Source: Anthoceros angustus (lineage: Eukaryota > Plantae > Anthocerotophyta). From it: a stretch of DNA of 64,000 nt. The stretch is taken from assembly GCA_010909165.1 (NCBI GenBank), contig MU008162.1, positions 1,674,001-1,738,000 of the forward strand. The letters are read 5' to 3'. Positions 50,169 to 61,797 of the stretch are shown here, piece by piece. A model generated the notes under the pieces. That model made no database searches, was not told the DNA's origin, and saw only the letters and a list, made by a program, of their open reading frames with translations. Both the position numbers and the translations under genes were made by a program. Each line of letters starts with the position of its first letter. Position 1 is the stretch's first letter.

Positions 50169-51572
50169 ATGGGAAGCGGCCATGATCCGCACGAGGAGCA
50201 GCACCACGCCACGCACTACACCGACGCCAGGCTGCACGGCCACCCGGTGCACGCAATTCAAGATGAGCTGGTGAAGATGTATCCGCAAGGGGATCCCCGC
50301 CGCTTGCTCACGGCGGAGGGGGATTCGGTGGTGTTGTCCAAGGCGTATGATCCGGCGCAGGTGTGTGTGAGGGAGGTGCTTGTTTTGTGTGTGAGAGGGA
50401 TGGCGAATTTGTTTTGTTGCGGTGCGGAGTTTGTGTTGCTGGTGCGGCGGGGGCCGGGGCCGGGGTTTGGCTGAATTGGATCGCCGCATTGTTTGTGGAT
50501 GGCCAGAAGTGGTACAAGGACGATGCGGGAGCCGGGAGAGTGGTGCAGGACGGGGAGGCGCAGGCCGGGCTTGTGGAAAAAGAAGCAGCGGCTTACGACG
50601 GGCTTAGCTTCAAGCAGCACATGATTGCGGGATCTGTGGCCGGGATGGTGGAACACATGGCCATGTTCCCTATCGACACGATCAAGACACGGATGCAAGT
50701 CCTGTCTACTCCCGGTAATAAAACTCACACCAAAGTGTTGCGAGCTTTCGCTTCCATTATGAAGAGTGAGGGTCCGTTAGGGCTTTACCGAGGGATCGGA
50801 GCCATGGGACTAGGAGCGGGACCAGCGCATGCTGTTTATTTTTCGGTTTATGAGGTGTGCAAGGAGAAATTTGGAGGCAACAGGGAGGGCCATCATCCGT
50901 TTGCCCATGCTGTGGCAGGGGGGTGTGCAACCGTGGCCAGTGATGCGGTTCTGACACCTATGGATGTTGTAAAGCAGAGGTTGCAGCTGAGGCAAAGTCC
51001 TTACAGGGGTATAGTAGACTGCATCAGACAGATGCTGCAGCAGGAAGGATTTAAGGCCTTTTATGCATCTTACAAAACCACTGTTATGATGAACGTGCCG
51101 TTCACGGCTGTGCACTTTGCATCCTATGAAGCAGCCAAGAAGTACCTTGTTCGAACAGATGATGACGAGAATTTTTTCACACACCTCACTGCCGGTGGAG
51201 TGGCGGGAGCCCTCGCAAGTGCTGTTACCACGCCCTTGGATGTGGCTAAGACACGATTGCAATGCCAGGTACGGTCTGCTTACAGTTTACGTTTCGATTG
51301 TAGTTGTGAGATTGATTTGGTCTGTGCTATCTCTGCATATTTGTCTTACTCGTCAGGCTTGATCACAGGGTGTTTGCGGGGGAGAACGGTTTCATAATAC
51401 CTCAATTATGGCCGTGCTACGAAAGATTGTTTCACAGGAGGGAGCTGGGGCTCTTTGGAAAGGTTTGAGACCGCGTGTCATGTTTCACACCCCCGCAGCA
51501 GCCATCTGCTGGTCAACATATGAAGCCAGTAAGCGGTTTCTTCAGCGTTGGAACGACGAGCAGGAAAAATAA
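50169..51572 (+). CDS. Mitochondrial substrate carrier, mitoferrin/MIT-like; exons 50169-50360 (tentative), 50507-51268, 51369-51572
   Basis: MIAGSVAGMVEHMAMFPIDTIKTRMQ; three PxDxxKxR motifs; FHTPAAAICWSTYEA; exon 1 inferred from an in-phase GT-AG intron. Confidence 0.9.
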
Positions 51573-52165
51573 GCCCATGGCTTCATATCGAATGCATTAC
51601 TAACGTCGGCTTCGAACATCTCAACTTTGGAGGAGCTTTGTGACACTATCGTTTTCCACTCCTCCAGTCCCACCATGACTTCGTGGCTGATCACCTTGAA
51701 GTTTGGAAGATTTTAGCACCAAAGAGGTTACCACTCTTTCTATATCCGGGGAAATGCAACAGTGGAGCGGGCGTGCCTGTGGAAATGTCTGTCTAGCCGA
51801 CACCGGATTACGTTAAATTAAAACTGGCTGAAGTACTAGCTCGGTACTTGATTCAGTTCTGTAACATAGGAGCAATGTAAGCAGTACAAGTAGAATACAA
51901 ATGTGGCGAAGAGGTATGTACCTTCTGGCAAACCTTTGAGGATAAGGATAGTTGTAGTAAGCGAAAAAGAAATAAAATTGCTGGAACAGTCTCTGTCTTA
52001 CAAATTGCAGAGCTGTTCTCACAATCGTTCAAGAAAACTTTGAGTAAAACGTTCAGCCAGATATATGTACATATTAACCAAAACCCTCCTGCCCTGAATA
52101 CCTGGTTTGTTCCCACGACAGCTGGCATATACTTCGCTACGTCAATTCCAACAACTATCAAAGTT

Positions 52166-53716
52166 TCAATAGAAACCTGCCGGAGCATCGATGGTACTAT
52201 TGACAATAGCCAATGCCAAATACCGAGAACCCATACCAGTAACGTTTGCCGAAGAGCTTGGGCTCTCCTCTTCCAGCCAAGGTGCCTCACCATCTCCAAC
52301 CAGCCTCCAGTATCCTAACTGCAGCGCCTCTGCTTGGTCCTCGCTTGCAGTTTTCAGTAGGTGCTCCAATCGGGTGTTGATGCCCAACATTCCCAGAAGT
52401 CGTGACTGAGTCACTGGACCGAATGCTGTGGCCCCTGTTTTGGACTCCTCTACCATGTGCTTCAAGGCAGCGAAGTCGACATGGGCACTTAGATCAGCTG
52501 TACCTGGATGCTGAAAAACATTCACAAACTGGTGTTTCCGGATAGCTTGCAGACTGTCTGAGATCAGATGATCTTTGCCATAGTCAATGATCAAAGCCCC
52601 ACCACCATCTTCTCCTACCCGCCGAGCAATGTCGCGAATCACCTTCAAGGCTTGGGGACAAACTTCCACCTGCTCAACTTGCCCTTTCTCCTCTGCAGGT
52701 GTCCATTTCAACCGAGGACCTAAAAAGAGATTGGAAGCAGGAGTCGGGTCTGGCGAAAGCACAAACCGCAGTCCGAATTCGGAGTCCTCTGAAACATCTA
52801 CTAGTTTCTCCCGCCATCCTTTGTCCGTCCTCTGGAATTGGTGGACAGGTAGTGCATCAAAAAACTCATGGGCAATAATAATTGTAGGGACGCCCTTGGG
52901 AACCTGATCAAGTTCCAAATGCCATGATACAGGTACACCTGTAATTCCAGAAACAGCAGAAACAGGCCCTGATTTTTCATTGCCTATGCTTCCTTCATGT
53001 GTTGACACTGCTGCTTGAGGATCTGGTTCGCAAACAGGTGACGCCAGTTCCTCCCCTGATGGTCTGCACTTGAGAGTCTCATATTGCCGTTTCCTCAATG
53101 CTGGGCTACACTCTACAAGATGAACAGAAAGTGCCTGTGAAAATGCTGTGAAGTTCTCAGTGCCTCGTAGCAGGTCTGCCATGAGGGTTCCTCGACCTGG
53201 CCCTAGCTCAACAAGGTTAACCTGCTTGGGTGCCCCCATTTGTTGCCACAGACAAGTGGTCCAAACTCCCACCAGTTCCCCAAACATCTGGCTGATTTCG
53301 GGTGACGTCACGAAATCTCCTTCACTGCCAAAAACATCCCGGTGCATGTAAAACCCGGCAGTTGGATTGGTGAGCACCTCACCCATGTACTCCGCCACAG
53401 TGATAGGTCCCCCTCTGAACCTGATCAGACTTTTGATATGCCTTGCCAAAGGAGTCTCTTCACCTTTACCCGCAGCTCCTTCACGATGCTCATGCTGCTT
53501 CAGTCCCGACCGATCCACAGCAATCGTACACTCTGTCTCCAGTTCAACACTTGACAGTCTTGGACCAGACGCAATCCATGAAAAGGAGCGCACGTAGTTG
53601 TAAACAGCTGAAACACCGTGTCTAGCACCCCAACCAACCCCCTCCCAACTGCCCACTCCCGTGCTCCATGCCGATGCAACAAAAACGCGGGAACATGCTC
53701 GTTGCAACAATGCCAT
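52166..53716 (-). CDS. NDUFAF7: Protein arginine methyltransferase NDUFAF7/MidA homolog, intronless, 516 aa
   Basis: DFVTSPEISQMFGE, LVELGPGRGTLMADLL, IAHEFFDALP, IDYG, PGTADLSAHVDF; R/S/A-rich N-terminus. Confidence 0.95.
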   Translation of the reverse strand: MALLQRACSRVFVASAWSTGVGSWEGVGWGARHGVSAVYNYVRSFSWIASGPRLSSVELETECTIAVDRSGLKQHEHREGAAGKGEETPLARHIKSLIRFRGGPITVAEYMGEVLTNPTAGFYMHRDVFGSEGDFVTSPEISQMFGELVGVWTTCLWQQMGAPKQVNLVELGPGRGTLMADLLRGTENFTAFSQALSVHLVECSPALRKRQYETLKCRPSGEELASPVCEPDPQAAVSTHEGSIGNEKSGPVSAVSGITGVPVSWHLELDQVPKGVPTIIIAHEFFDALPVHQFQRTDKGWREKLVDVSEDSEFGLRFVLSPDPTPASNLFLGPRLKWTPAEEKGQVEQVEVCPQALKVIRDIARRVGEDGGGALIIDYGKDHLISDSLQAIRKHQFVNVFQHPGTADLSAHVDFAALKHMVEESKTGATAFGPVTQSRLLGMLGINTRLEHLLKTASEDQAEALQLGYWRLVGDGEAPWLEEESPSSSANVTGMGSRYLALAIVNSTIDAPAGFY

Positions 53717-53958
53717 AGATCCCTGTACGCAAATCCGGAGCCACCGAAATCACCCGCTGCTCTGGACTGAAAAAACCGACAAGCTCAGCTACCTCCCTAG
53801 GTCAGGCAAGGGGTACGAGGAAGCACCTCGCACAGCTCAAAACCCTACTTTGATGTCATTAGATGATTGAAAGAGTACAATCGGACCATGCAAGAGCAGT
53901 AGATCCGGCAACAGCGCACAACCCCGTCTCCGTCTCCCAAGGCTCTCCAAAACCAAAA

Positions 53959-54192
53959 CTAGCCCATAAACACCTTCCACAGAATGGTGACAAAGTTGAC
54001 GATAACCAAGGGCACCCTGAGGTACTGCACGGCGTGCACAAACCCGATGATCTGCCCTTTCACGGTCTTCTTGCCGCCGGCAGTTGCCTCGGCAAGGCCC
54101 CAGCCATTTGGAGACAGGAATCGATCCTCATTCAGTATGGCCAGGGCATTCAATATGAGCAGCACACCTTCCATCAAACGCCACACGCCCAT
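53959..54192 (-). CDS. YOS1: Yos1/IER3IP1-like small ER-Golgi membrane protein (77 aa)
   Basis: LLILNALAILNEDRFLSPNGW...KGQIIGFVHAVQYLRVPLVIVN. Confidence 0.9.
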   Translation of the reverse strand: MGVWRLMEGVLLILNALAILNEDRFLSPNGWGLAEATAGGKKTVKGQIIGFVHAVQYLRVPLVIVNFVTILWKVFMG

Positions 54193-54394
54193 GCTTTCTC
54201 CCCAGCCTCCTCTCCGGCTGCGCGAGCCACCGATTTCCTGGAGCAACAGAATTCAAGAGACCTACAATTGCGTCGCGCGGACATCGCCTTATTTCGTCTC
54301 CTAGTTTCCTCTCCTAGACAACACCTACTAATGTAACTATTACGGCAGCTTGTTTATATTTGGCGGCCTGCTTGTCGGACCTGGCGGCGTAACG

Positions 54395-55279
54395 ATGGCT
54401 GCGCACCAGATCGACGACACCGCTACGCGGTTGTATCGCATTCGGAAAACTGTGATGCAGATGCTCAAGGACCGCGAGTATCTGGTGGCCGACTTCGAGC
54501 TGAGCATGACCAAGGAGCAGTTTCGGGAGAAATACGGGGACGAACCTAAGCGCGATGACATGGTCATCAGCAAGGCCCGCCGCTCCAACAACAAGGAGCT
54601 GGTATGAATTCAATTCGCTTTGCTTCGCAACTGCTGGCCAGGTTCTTGCTGCGGAGTGAGCTTGATTTCTGCTGTCCCAGATTTTTGTCTTCTTCCCGGA
54701 GGAGGCCAAGGTTGGAGTGAAAACTATCAAGACCTATGCGGAGCGGATGAAGGCAGAGAACGTGCATAGGGCTATTCTCGTGGTCCAGCAGAATCTTACT
54801 CCTTTTGCCAAGCAATGCTTGTCGGAGATGTCCGGGAAGTATCATCTGGAGGTGTTTCAGGTGAATTGAGTTGGAGGAAAGCTTGTTTTGCTCTTGTTTT
54901 GTGGTTTCACGCTTCTGCCTGCTTGTAAGAGTTTATCCTGAGATTGAGGTGCTCGCAGGAAGCCGAGCTGCTCGTGAACATCAAGGAGCATGTGCTGGTG
55001 CCCGAGCATCAGATTCTGACTCCCGAGGAGAAGAAAACCCTTCTAGAGCGCTACACCGTGAAGGACACTCAGGTATTCACAGTTGTTCGGTGCCAGGGTC
55101 CTTTCCGTTTCGTCACCTTCTTGCTTTTCTGAGCTCCTTGCCTGGTTGCGCAGCTGCCGAGGATGCAGGAGAACGATCCAGTTTCCAGATATTATGGTCT
55201 CAAGCGTGGCCAGGTGGTGAAGATCATCCGACCTAGTGAGACGGCAGGGCGGTATGTGACATATCGGTTCGTGGTGTGA
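54395..55279 (+). CDS. RPB5: RNA polymerase common subunit RPB5 (NRPB5-type), 4 exons
   Basis: [18 protein letters not shown]; [14 protein letters not shown]; [15 protein letters not shown]; [41 protein letters not shown]. Confidence 0.95.
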
Positions 55280-57391
55280 GCCAACCTACTTGATACATGC
55301 TGTAGGGTTGAAGACAGTCCCGTTTTCATCATTTTGTAACAGGGAGACCCAACAGTCAGTGTCGGGTAGGGCTAGGGAGGGTTACTTAGGGTTGGCTAGG
55401 ACTGAGTAATCAGCAGCGACTTACAGCTTTAATTGCTAGTTAGGTAGCAAGAGTTAAACAGGATTGGCTCGTGTACAGACTGTGTAATTAAGCAGTATCT
55501 TAACTGTAAGACCACTGAAAGGCAGTGATAGTAGCTGGCTTGGACAGCTTGCGGGTTGCGTCTGAGGATGCCGAGCTTGGATGGAATCCGAAAGCAGGGA
55601 CACTCTCTTTGCTGCATTTGAGGACGTGGGTGGATGAGAGGAGCAAGAGCAGCTGCCACACAGGAATCCAGTGAAGCCCACAGCCCATGGAGTTGCGAGA
55701 TTAGCAATCGGATGATGGGGTGCGAAGTGGTGCTCGCTCCTGCACTGTCGAAAATTTTGAGACAAGTTTGTGGGTTCATCATTCGAGGTATACGGTTCTG
55801 GCTGTGCCAACACAAAGATTCTGCTAGCAACTCTACCATCAAGTGTGACTGCCGATGCTGAGTCCATATGGGGCCCAGATCCTGGGATCTTTGTTCAGTT
55901 TGGACAATGCCTCTGTCAGCCTTGCTTGACTCTTGATATGTGTACTATCGCCAACCAAAAAACTATGCACCAGCGTTCAATGAGCACCTTCCGAGCTGCC
56001 ACACTTTACATACTCGCCAGGCAACTAAAGGCGGATGAATCACAGGCTCCACAACACTGGCCAACAATCAGCAACACCTGCTGCCCAGTTTCCAAGCATG
56101 ATCCCCGACGGAGCTCAGAGGGCTTAAGTCACGGGGACGTGGTGGGGAAAAGGGGCGGGCAGGGAATTGGGTGGAGGGAGGAAGGTTTCCTGCTTATGGT
56201 CTGCTTCACGTTCGACCTTCACATCCTGTTGAGCTGAGAAAAGGTTGCGAGCAACAAGGAGGATAGACTCTAATTCAAAAAGCTCATGGATGAGCAGGAA
56301 GCCAAGGTAGGGGTTATACCGCGGAAGAGCGGAGGTAAAGAGGGAAGTCCATCGAGCTACGAGAGGCTCCAACTGGGAGATAAGATGAACTAGCATGGTG
56401 GAGGTGAGGCCAGCAAAGAAGGCTTTCAGCAGAGATGGGGTTGGGTTGGGACGCAGGCCAGGCACTACCGAAAGCCAGAGGTCCCCAGGGCCCCAGACAG
56501 CAGGTTGTCCAGGGCAGATGGAGGAAAGCTGTGAAGCTTCAAGATCACATCACGTAAGTAGCCCCATCCGAGCCTCGAGGCCTTGCTGCTTGCAGGCCTG
56601 CCACACCTCGATGTGAATTTGTCGATCACGGTAGTCAGTGCAACCAGAAGCGCTGTGTCCCCCACTGGCTCAGGCGCCAGCTGCAGCGACGACGGCAATC
56701 ACGACAATCAGCCATAGCCACAATGCGGTTGACCAGCGAATCAGCGGGCGTGATCTGCTGGTGTCGCAATCTCTTGCTGGGAGGCATAGATTGGCTAGGC
56801 TGGCGCTGAGAGCCGATCACGGCAGGTGGGCGCGCGGGATTCTGCAGCGCAGCCTGATTCGGGCTGCAGGCTGCAAGGTTGCTGCCTGATTTGGGCCGCG
56901 TGCAAATACAAACTTGGGCAGCCCGACATGAAGGGCATTCTGGTTTGCTTCTCTGATCTACACATCCATTGCCTCCTGTAGCGTCCAGATGCATACATAC
57001 CCAATATATAGCTCCCCAAATAACCATTTGACTCGTACCCAAGCTTGACAGAGAGGTCACCACCACTTTTAGCACAGGAGGTATCCAACAGAGAGTGAGA
57101 AATTGGACGGTCTGTCTGCACCGGCACTGGAGGAAATTGTTCGCAATATTTAAACGTGAGTTTGGCCATGGTCTAGTGGATGAGGCATCCTGCGTTACCA
57201 CGCAGATCTTAGGTTCAAATCTATTCTCTGGGCAGACGCGGACAAAATGTTGGAAGAATGCGATATGTTGTTGATACCTGCAGCCACCAGCCGACCAGCT
57301 GAATGGGTTCTTCCAGGTTTAATGGGACGTTCCTTTCCGGTCCATGGAACGTTCTCCTGCGTTCCAATAAACTGAACAACCAGCACCACAC

Positions 57392-57463
57392 GCAGTCAAG
57401 GCCCACTTATATTGGCAGTCAAGGCCCACTTATATTGGCAGTCAAGGCCCACTTATATTGGCA
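57392..57463. repeat. 23-bp tandem repeat x3
   Basis: GCAGTCAAGGCCCACTTATATTG repeated exactly three times. Confidence 0.9.
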
Positions 57464-57476
57464 AAGGATCCGTATG

Positions 57477-58215
57477 GGCCTACTTACATTGGCTTTGCCA
57501 ACAGTTCCGTTCAACAGCTCCGTCCGGGCCTACTTACATTGGCTTTGCCAACAGTTCCGTTCAACAGCTCCGTCCGGTCCGTAGTTACTAGCGGGCTCCT
57601 TCATTGGTCCAGTCCACATTTCCATCCGGTTCGCTCCTCCATGGGTAGAGTTTTTCATTGGTCCGGTCCGTACTCTTACTTTGGCTTTGCCAACAGTTCT
57701 GTCCAACAGTTCCGTCCGGTCCGTAGTTATTAGCGGGTTTTTTCGTTGGTCCGGTCCATATTTCCATCCGGTTCGCTCCTCCATGGGTACATTTTTTCAT
57801 TGGTCCGGTCCGTACTCTTACTTTGGCTTTGCCAACATGTCCGGTCCGTAGTTACTAGCGGGCTCCTCCATCGGTAGAGTTCTTTATTGGTCCGATCCGT
57901 AGTTACTAGCGGGCTCCTCCATGGGTAGAGTTTTTCATTGGTTCGGTCCATAGTTACTAGCGGGCTCCTCCATCGGTAGAGTTCTTTATTGGTCCGATCC
58001 GTAGTTACTAGCGGGCTCCTCCATGGGTAGAGTTTTTCATTGGTTCGGTCCATAGTTACTAGCGGGCTCCTCCATGGACAAAGTTCTTCATTGGTCCGGT
58101 CCTTAGTTACTAGCAGGCTCCTCCATGGACAAAGTTCTTCATTGGTCCGGTCCTTAGTTACTAGCAGGCTCCTCCACTAGCGGGCTCCTCCATGGGTAGG
58201 GTTCTCCATTGGTTC
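57477..58215. repeat. Complex ~50/51-bp minisatellite with higher-order structure
   Basis: TAGTTACTAG recurs at 57849, 57900, 57951, 58002, 58053, 58104 and 58155 (51-bp period); upstream part has 50-bp units and a 142-bp duplication. Confidence 0.92.
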
Positions 58216-60402
58216 ACACATCCATCTATAGAACTTGGTTGGTTGAAGCTTTCCCATCATCCACTCTTGGCATAATTGCGTCCCACCAATCTCCTTCAAA
58301 TCCAAGCCCCTCGCCATTTGTTGATTCTTCATTATCTTGATGTTGTCCACTCCAGTGTGCCCCAAGCGTCGATGCCACGAATACACTGACCCAGTGCTTT
58401 CAAGTGAGCCTGACACAAATGTGCAAGCCTCTTGATCACTTACAGAAGCACACAACTTGTAGAGATTGTCTTTCTGAATGACTCGAGCTATCACCTTAAT
58501 ATTGGGTGATTCAGGTTGCTCAGGTCAGAAGCCACAGGCCTTCGAGTTGAACACAATTTTATTTTCAGGGCAGTGATTCTTGCTACTAAAAGAAAATTCT
58601 TTGCAACACCAAGCACATAGTACACATTCTTGATTGTATCTTTTTCTTCGCACGTTCCTCCTTCGATCCTTTTCCAGAGCTGGCTTGTGAAGTCTTCCCA
58701 TGTGTCGTTCTCGTCTTGGAGAAACCCACCGAGTCTTCATTTTTTCTTCCATAAGGAATTCTCCAACTCGTTTTGTAAGAGCAACCCAACCACCTCATCC
58801 AACGTTGGTGGTTTATCGCTTGCACGCATAGCTACCGCTATTCTGAAGGCCAACACGAATTGCTTATATGCAGATGGTAGGCTACTCAACAACACCGCGA
58901 TAACCTTTCCTTCAGAAAGTTTAATGTCCGCTGCTTTCATTTCATCCATCAAGTCCTTCAACTTGTTCACGTGTTGTCGAATGGTGTCACCCTTGGCCAT
59001 CTTGAAGTTGGCAAATTGTTGCTCCAACAACATCTCATTCACCAAGCTCTTCTTCTCATGTGTGTTGCATAGGGTTCTCCATAACGCTTTCGAGGTTGCA
59101 CACTCACTCAATTGAGAGAGTATGTCCATCTTGAAGTTGGCAGATTGTTGCTCCAATAACATCTCGTTCACCAAGCTCTTTTTTTCATATGCATTGCAGA
59201 GGGTTGTCCACGCCGCTTGCGAGGTTGCACACTCACTCAATTGAGGGAGTATGTCATCAGATACATTGAGGAGGATTGTTGCCAACGCTCGTCCATCTTT
59301 CTCAGTGTCCGCTTCGGTGGGTGTTTCTCCGAGGCCGCGCTCGACAAACTTCCATAGTCCTCGATCGATGAGAAGCATCTTCAGCTTCAACTTCCACAAT
59401 GTGAAGTTTTTGCCGCCAAACTGCTCCACTGCACGCGTCTCTAGGAAACATGTCTCAATGCTTGTTGACGTCATGCCTAGTTTCCCCTTAATTGGTAGTC
59501 AGGACTAGAGCACCTCACTTACATGCACTACAAGGACTACCAAGACCTTCACAATTGCATAGATGGCCTCAAAAGCATAAGGCTAAGAGCTATGTGATTG
59601 CATACAAGCACTCACAAGCACAAGGCTAAGAGCTATTATGCAATTGCACACGAGGTATCACAAGCACAAGGCTAAGAGCTATGCAATTGTACACAAGCTC
59701 TCGTGAACACAAGGCTAAGAGCTATGCAATTGCACACAAGCTTTCACAAGCACAAGGTTAAGAGTTATGCAATTGCGCAGAAGCTCTCACAAGCACAAGG
59801 TTAAGAACTATACAATTGCAAACAAGGCCTTGTAAGCAGAAGGCTAAGAACCATGCAATTGCACACAAGCTTTTGTAAGCACAAAGCTACGCAATTGCAC
59901 TCAAGCTCTCACAAGTACAAAGCTAAGAACTATGCCTCTCTCAAGCACAAAGGCAAAGATTTATTAATAGATCTAGATCAAATGTTCTCACCCTAGTATC
60001 ACAAGGACCGAAGCTCTTAAACAATGCTCCAATACCTCTATAAAATAAGAGCTAGGCATTTGTTGAGAGGGTATACAACACTCTAACACATTGTAAGTTA
60101 TGTGCTCTAGGCACACAAGCACACCTGCACACACCACACCTAGGTGTGCTTGGCCTTATATAGTTCTCACCTTGAATCCTATTGGTTTGTTGACTTGTCC
60201 TGTACTTGAATCCAATTGGTTGGTTGACTTATCCTGTAGTTGAATCCTATTGGTTAGTTGACTTGCCTTTTACTTATCCTTTACTCTTGGGCTTTCTAGA
60301 AGGTATACAAGTTTGTATTTTTTTAGGGCACTCTTCATATCCTATTTTTAGGGGCCCTCTTCATAACCTATTTAAATATGTTGTACTAAATTATTTCTAA
60401 CA
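58177..60402 (-). mobile_element. Non-autonomous Copia derivative (gag plus pre-integrase only), putative 5' LTR ~60037-60402
   Basis: Gag ORF 58737-59474 (FGGKNFTLWKLKLKMLL); WHRRLGH pre-integrase 58177-58494; degenerate PBS complement GCTCCAATACC 60026-60036; LTR end TTCTAACA at 60402; 34-bp x3 repeat inside the LTR (60172, 60206, 60240). Partner LTR not found. Confidence 0.75.
59570..59950. repeat. ~43-bp minisatellite x~9 in the retroelement leader
   Basis: Consensus CACAAGGCTAAGAGCTATGCAATTGCACACAAGCTCTCACAAG. Confidence 0.88.
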
Positions 60403-61117
60403 GCTGTTCCGCACATAAAGGCATGGAGAGGACTAGAAAGTCTGCCCCCATAGTATTTTTCATGAGTTAGGATTTGGTCGGCAATGTGTTTTTTGATCAC
60501 TTGGCTACCTCCATGCCCGGAGAGGCCATACCCCGAACGAGGTGGAGGCTCTGGAAATGATTAACGAGTAACGGCTATGGCGGGAGCTAGCAGCGCCAAT
60601 GCATTTTTGCTGGAGTGTTGGACAGGACATGGTTTGCATGTGCGTTTGTTTGGTGAGCATGGTGATAGAATGCTCGTTATGCTCTGCTGCTCCTGAGAGG
60701 TTTTCTGCCTGTATGCCACTTGAGCTTGCTACCTGAATCCGATGAGGCCCGGCCAAGCATTAACCCCACATCGACGGAGAAAACAAGCAATTTCCCCTTC
60801 AATTCAGCACCGAAAATTTTCATTTAAATTTCAATGAGCATACCGGTGAGGTGATGGTGCGTGATGAGGTGCTGGCCAATGGGGGTATAGAGGCAGCCGT
60901 GGAATCCGGCACTGCAACTGCCGGGTCGTGCACAAACATGGACGCGTCCAGAATTAGGATAGAACTCAAGTTGCAAGTGGAGACCCTTTGCTGATAGATC
61001 ACCTTTACTGCAAATTCTTTCACCTGCTTGCTGTGGTCAGAGCATGTGTCTTCGTTTTCATGCATTTGTGGCCCCAATCGCTCGTCCAGAAAATAGTCCA
61101 GAAAGCTCCGTGGTTCT

Positions 61118-61134
61118 GGGGTTTAGGGTTTAGG
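61118..61134. promoter_or_regulatory. Telo-box-like interstitial (TTTAGGG)2 motif about 0.67 kb upstream of RF1
   Basis: GGGGTTTAGGGTTTAGG; telo-boxes are common near plant translation-machinery genes, but function here is unproven. Confidence 0.3.
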
Positions 61135-61797
61135 ACCTGCAGTCCAGTGCAAGCAACATTGCAGGGGAAGGCGAAATGGAAAACGGTCTTACACTAATAT
61201 GCTTGCTGCACAAATACATACATGCAGACAGCTAGTTGGTCCTGCCTTTGCCTAATCAGGAAGATCCAGAGCTTTGCAGTCCTGATAGGCAGAGATAGCA
61301 ATAGTTAGCCACAGGCATCAGCAGCAGTCCTGAGCATCAATGGCACTGAATCTGTTAGCCCATACAATCAGAGAGCACAAAAAGCGTAAGAGCAAGCGTA
61401 AGAGCACAGTAGAGAAACATTAGGAAAGGCAGAGGCCAGGCCCCCTTGTATACCTACTTACATAGGCTTGTATACAATTTTTTATCCTCCTCCTTTTAGC
61501 CCAGCAGGAGCAGCCTTCTAGTTCTCTCATTTAACACGGGGCTGCACCTTCACCAAGGTGGCAACCTTCTCGAAAGCTTGAATTGCAGCTAGCTAGTCAC
61601 ACTAAACAGTGCAGCTAGCTACCCAGAGTCTTACATCGGCATTTTGAGGCAGCGTGCAACGAGCAAACAGGTCGGAATGAGTCTCTTATGGAGTTCCGGA
61701 CTTAAATGTCTTTGCTTTGTAATTTTTGAAATTAGGTTAGAATGATGAGTACCAAATTTCACCGAACTGACACGGACATTGACAGACAGCACTGGCC

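Noticed and set aside
57392-58215. CRISPR-like array
   Set aside because: Units are contiguous tandem repeats without unique spacers, there are no cas genes, and the context is eukaryotic.
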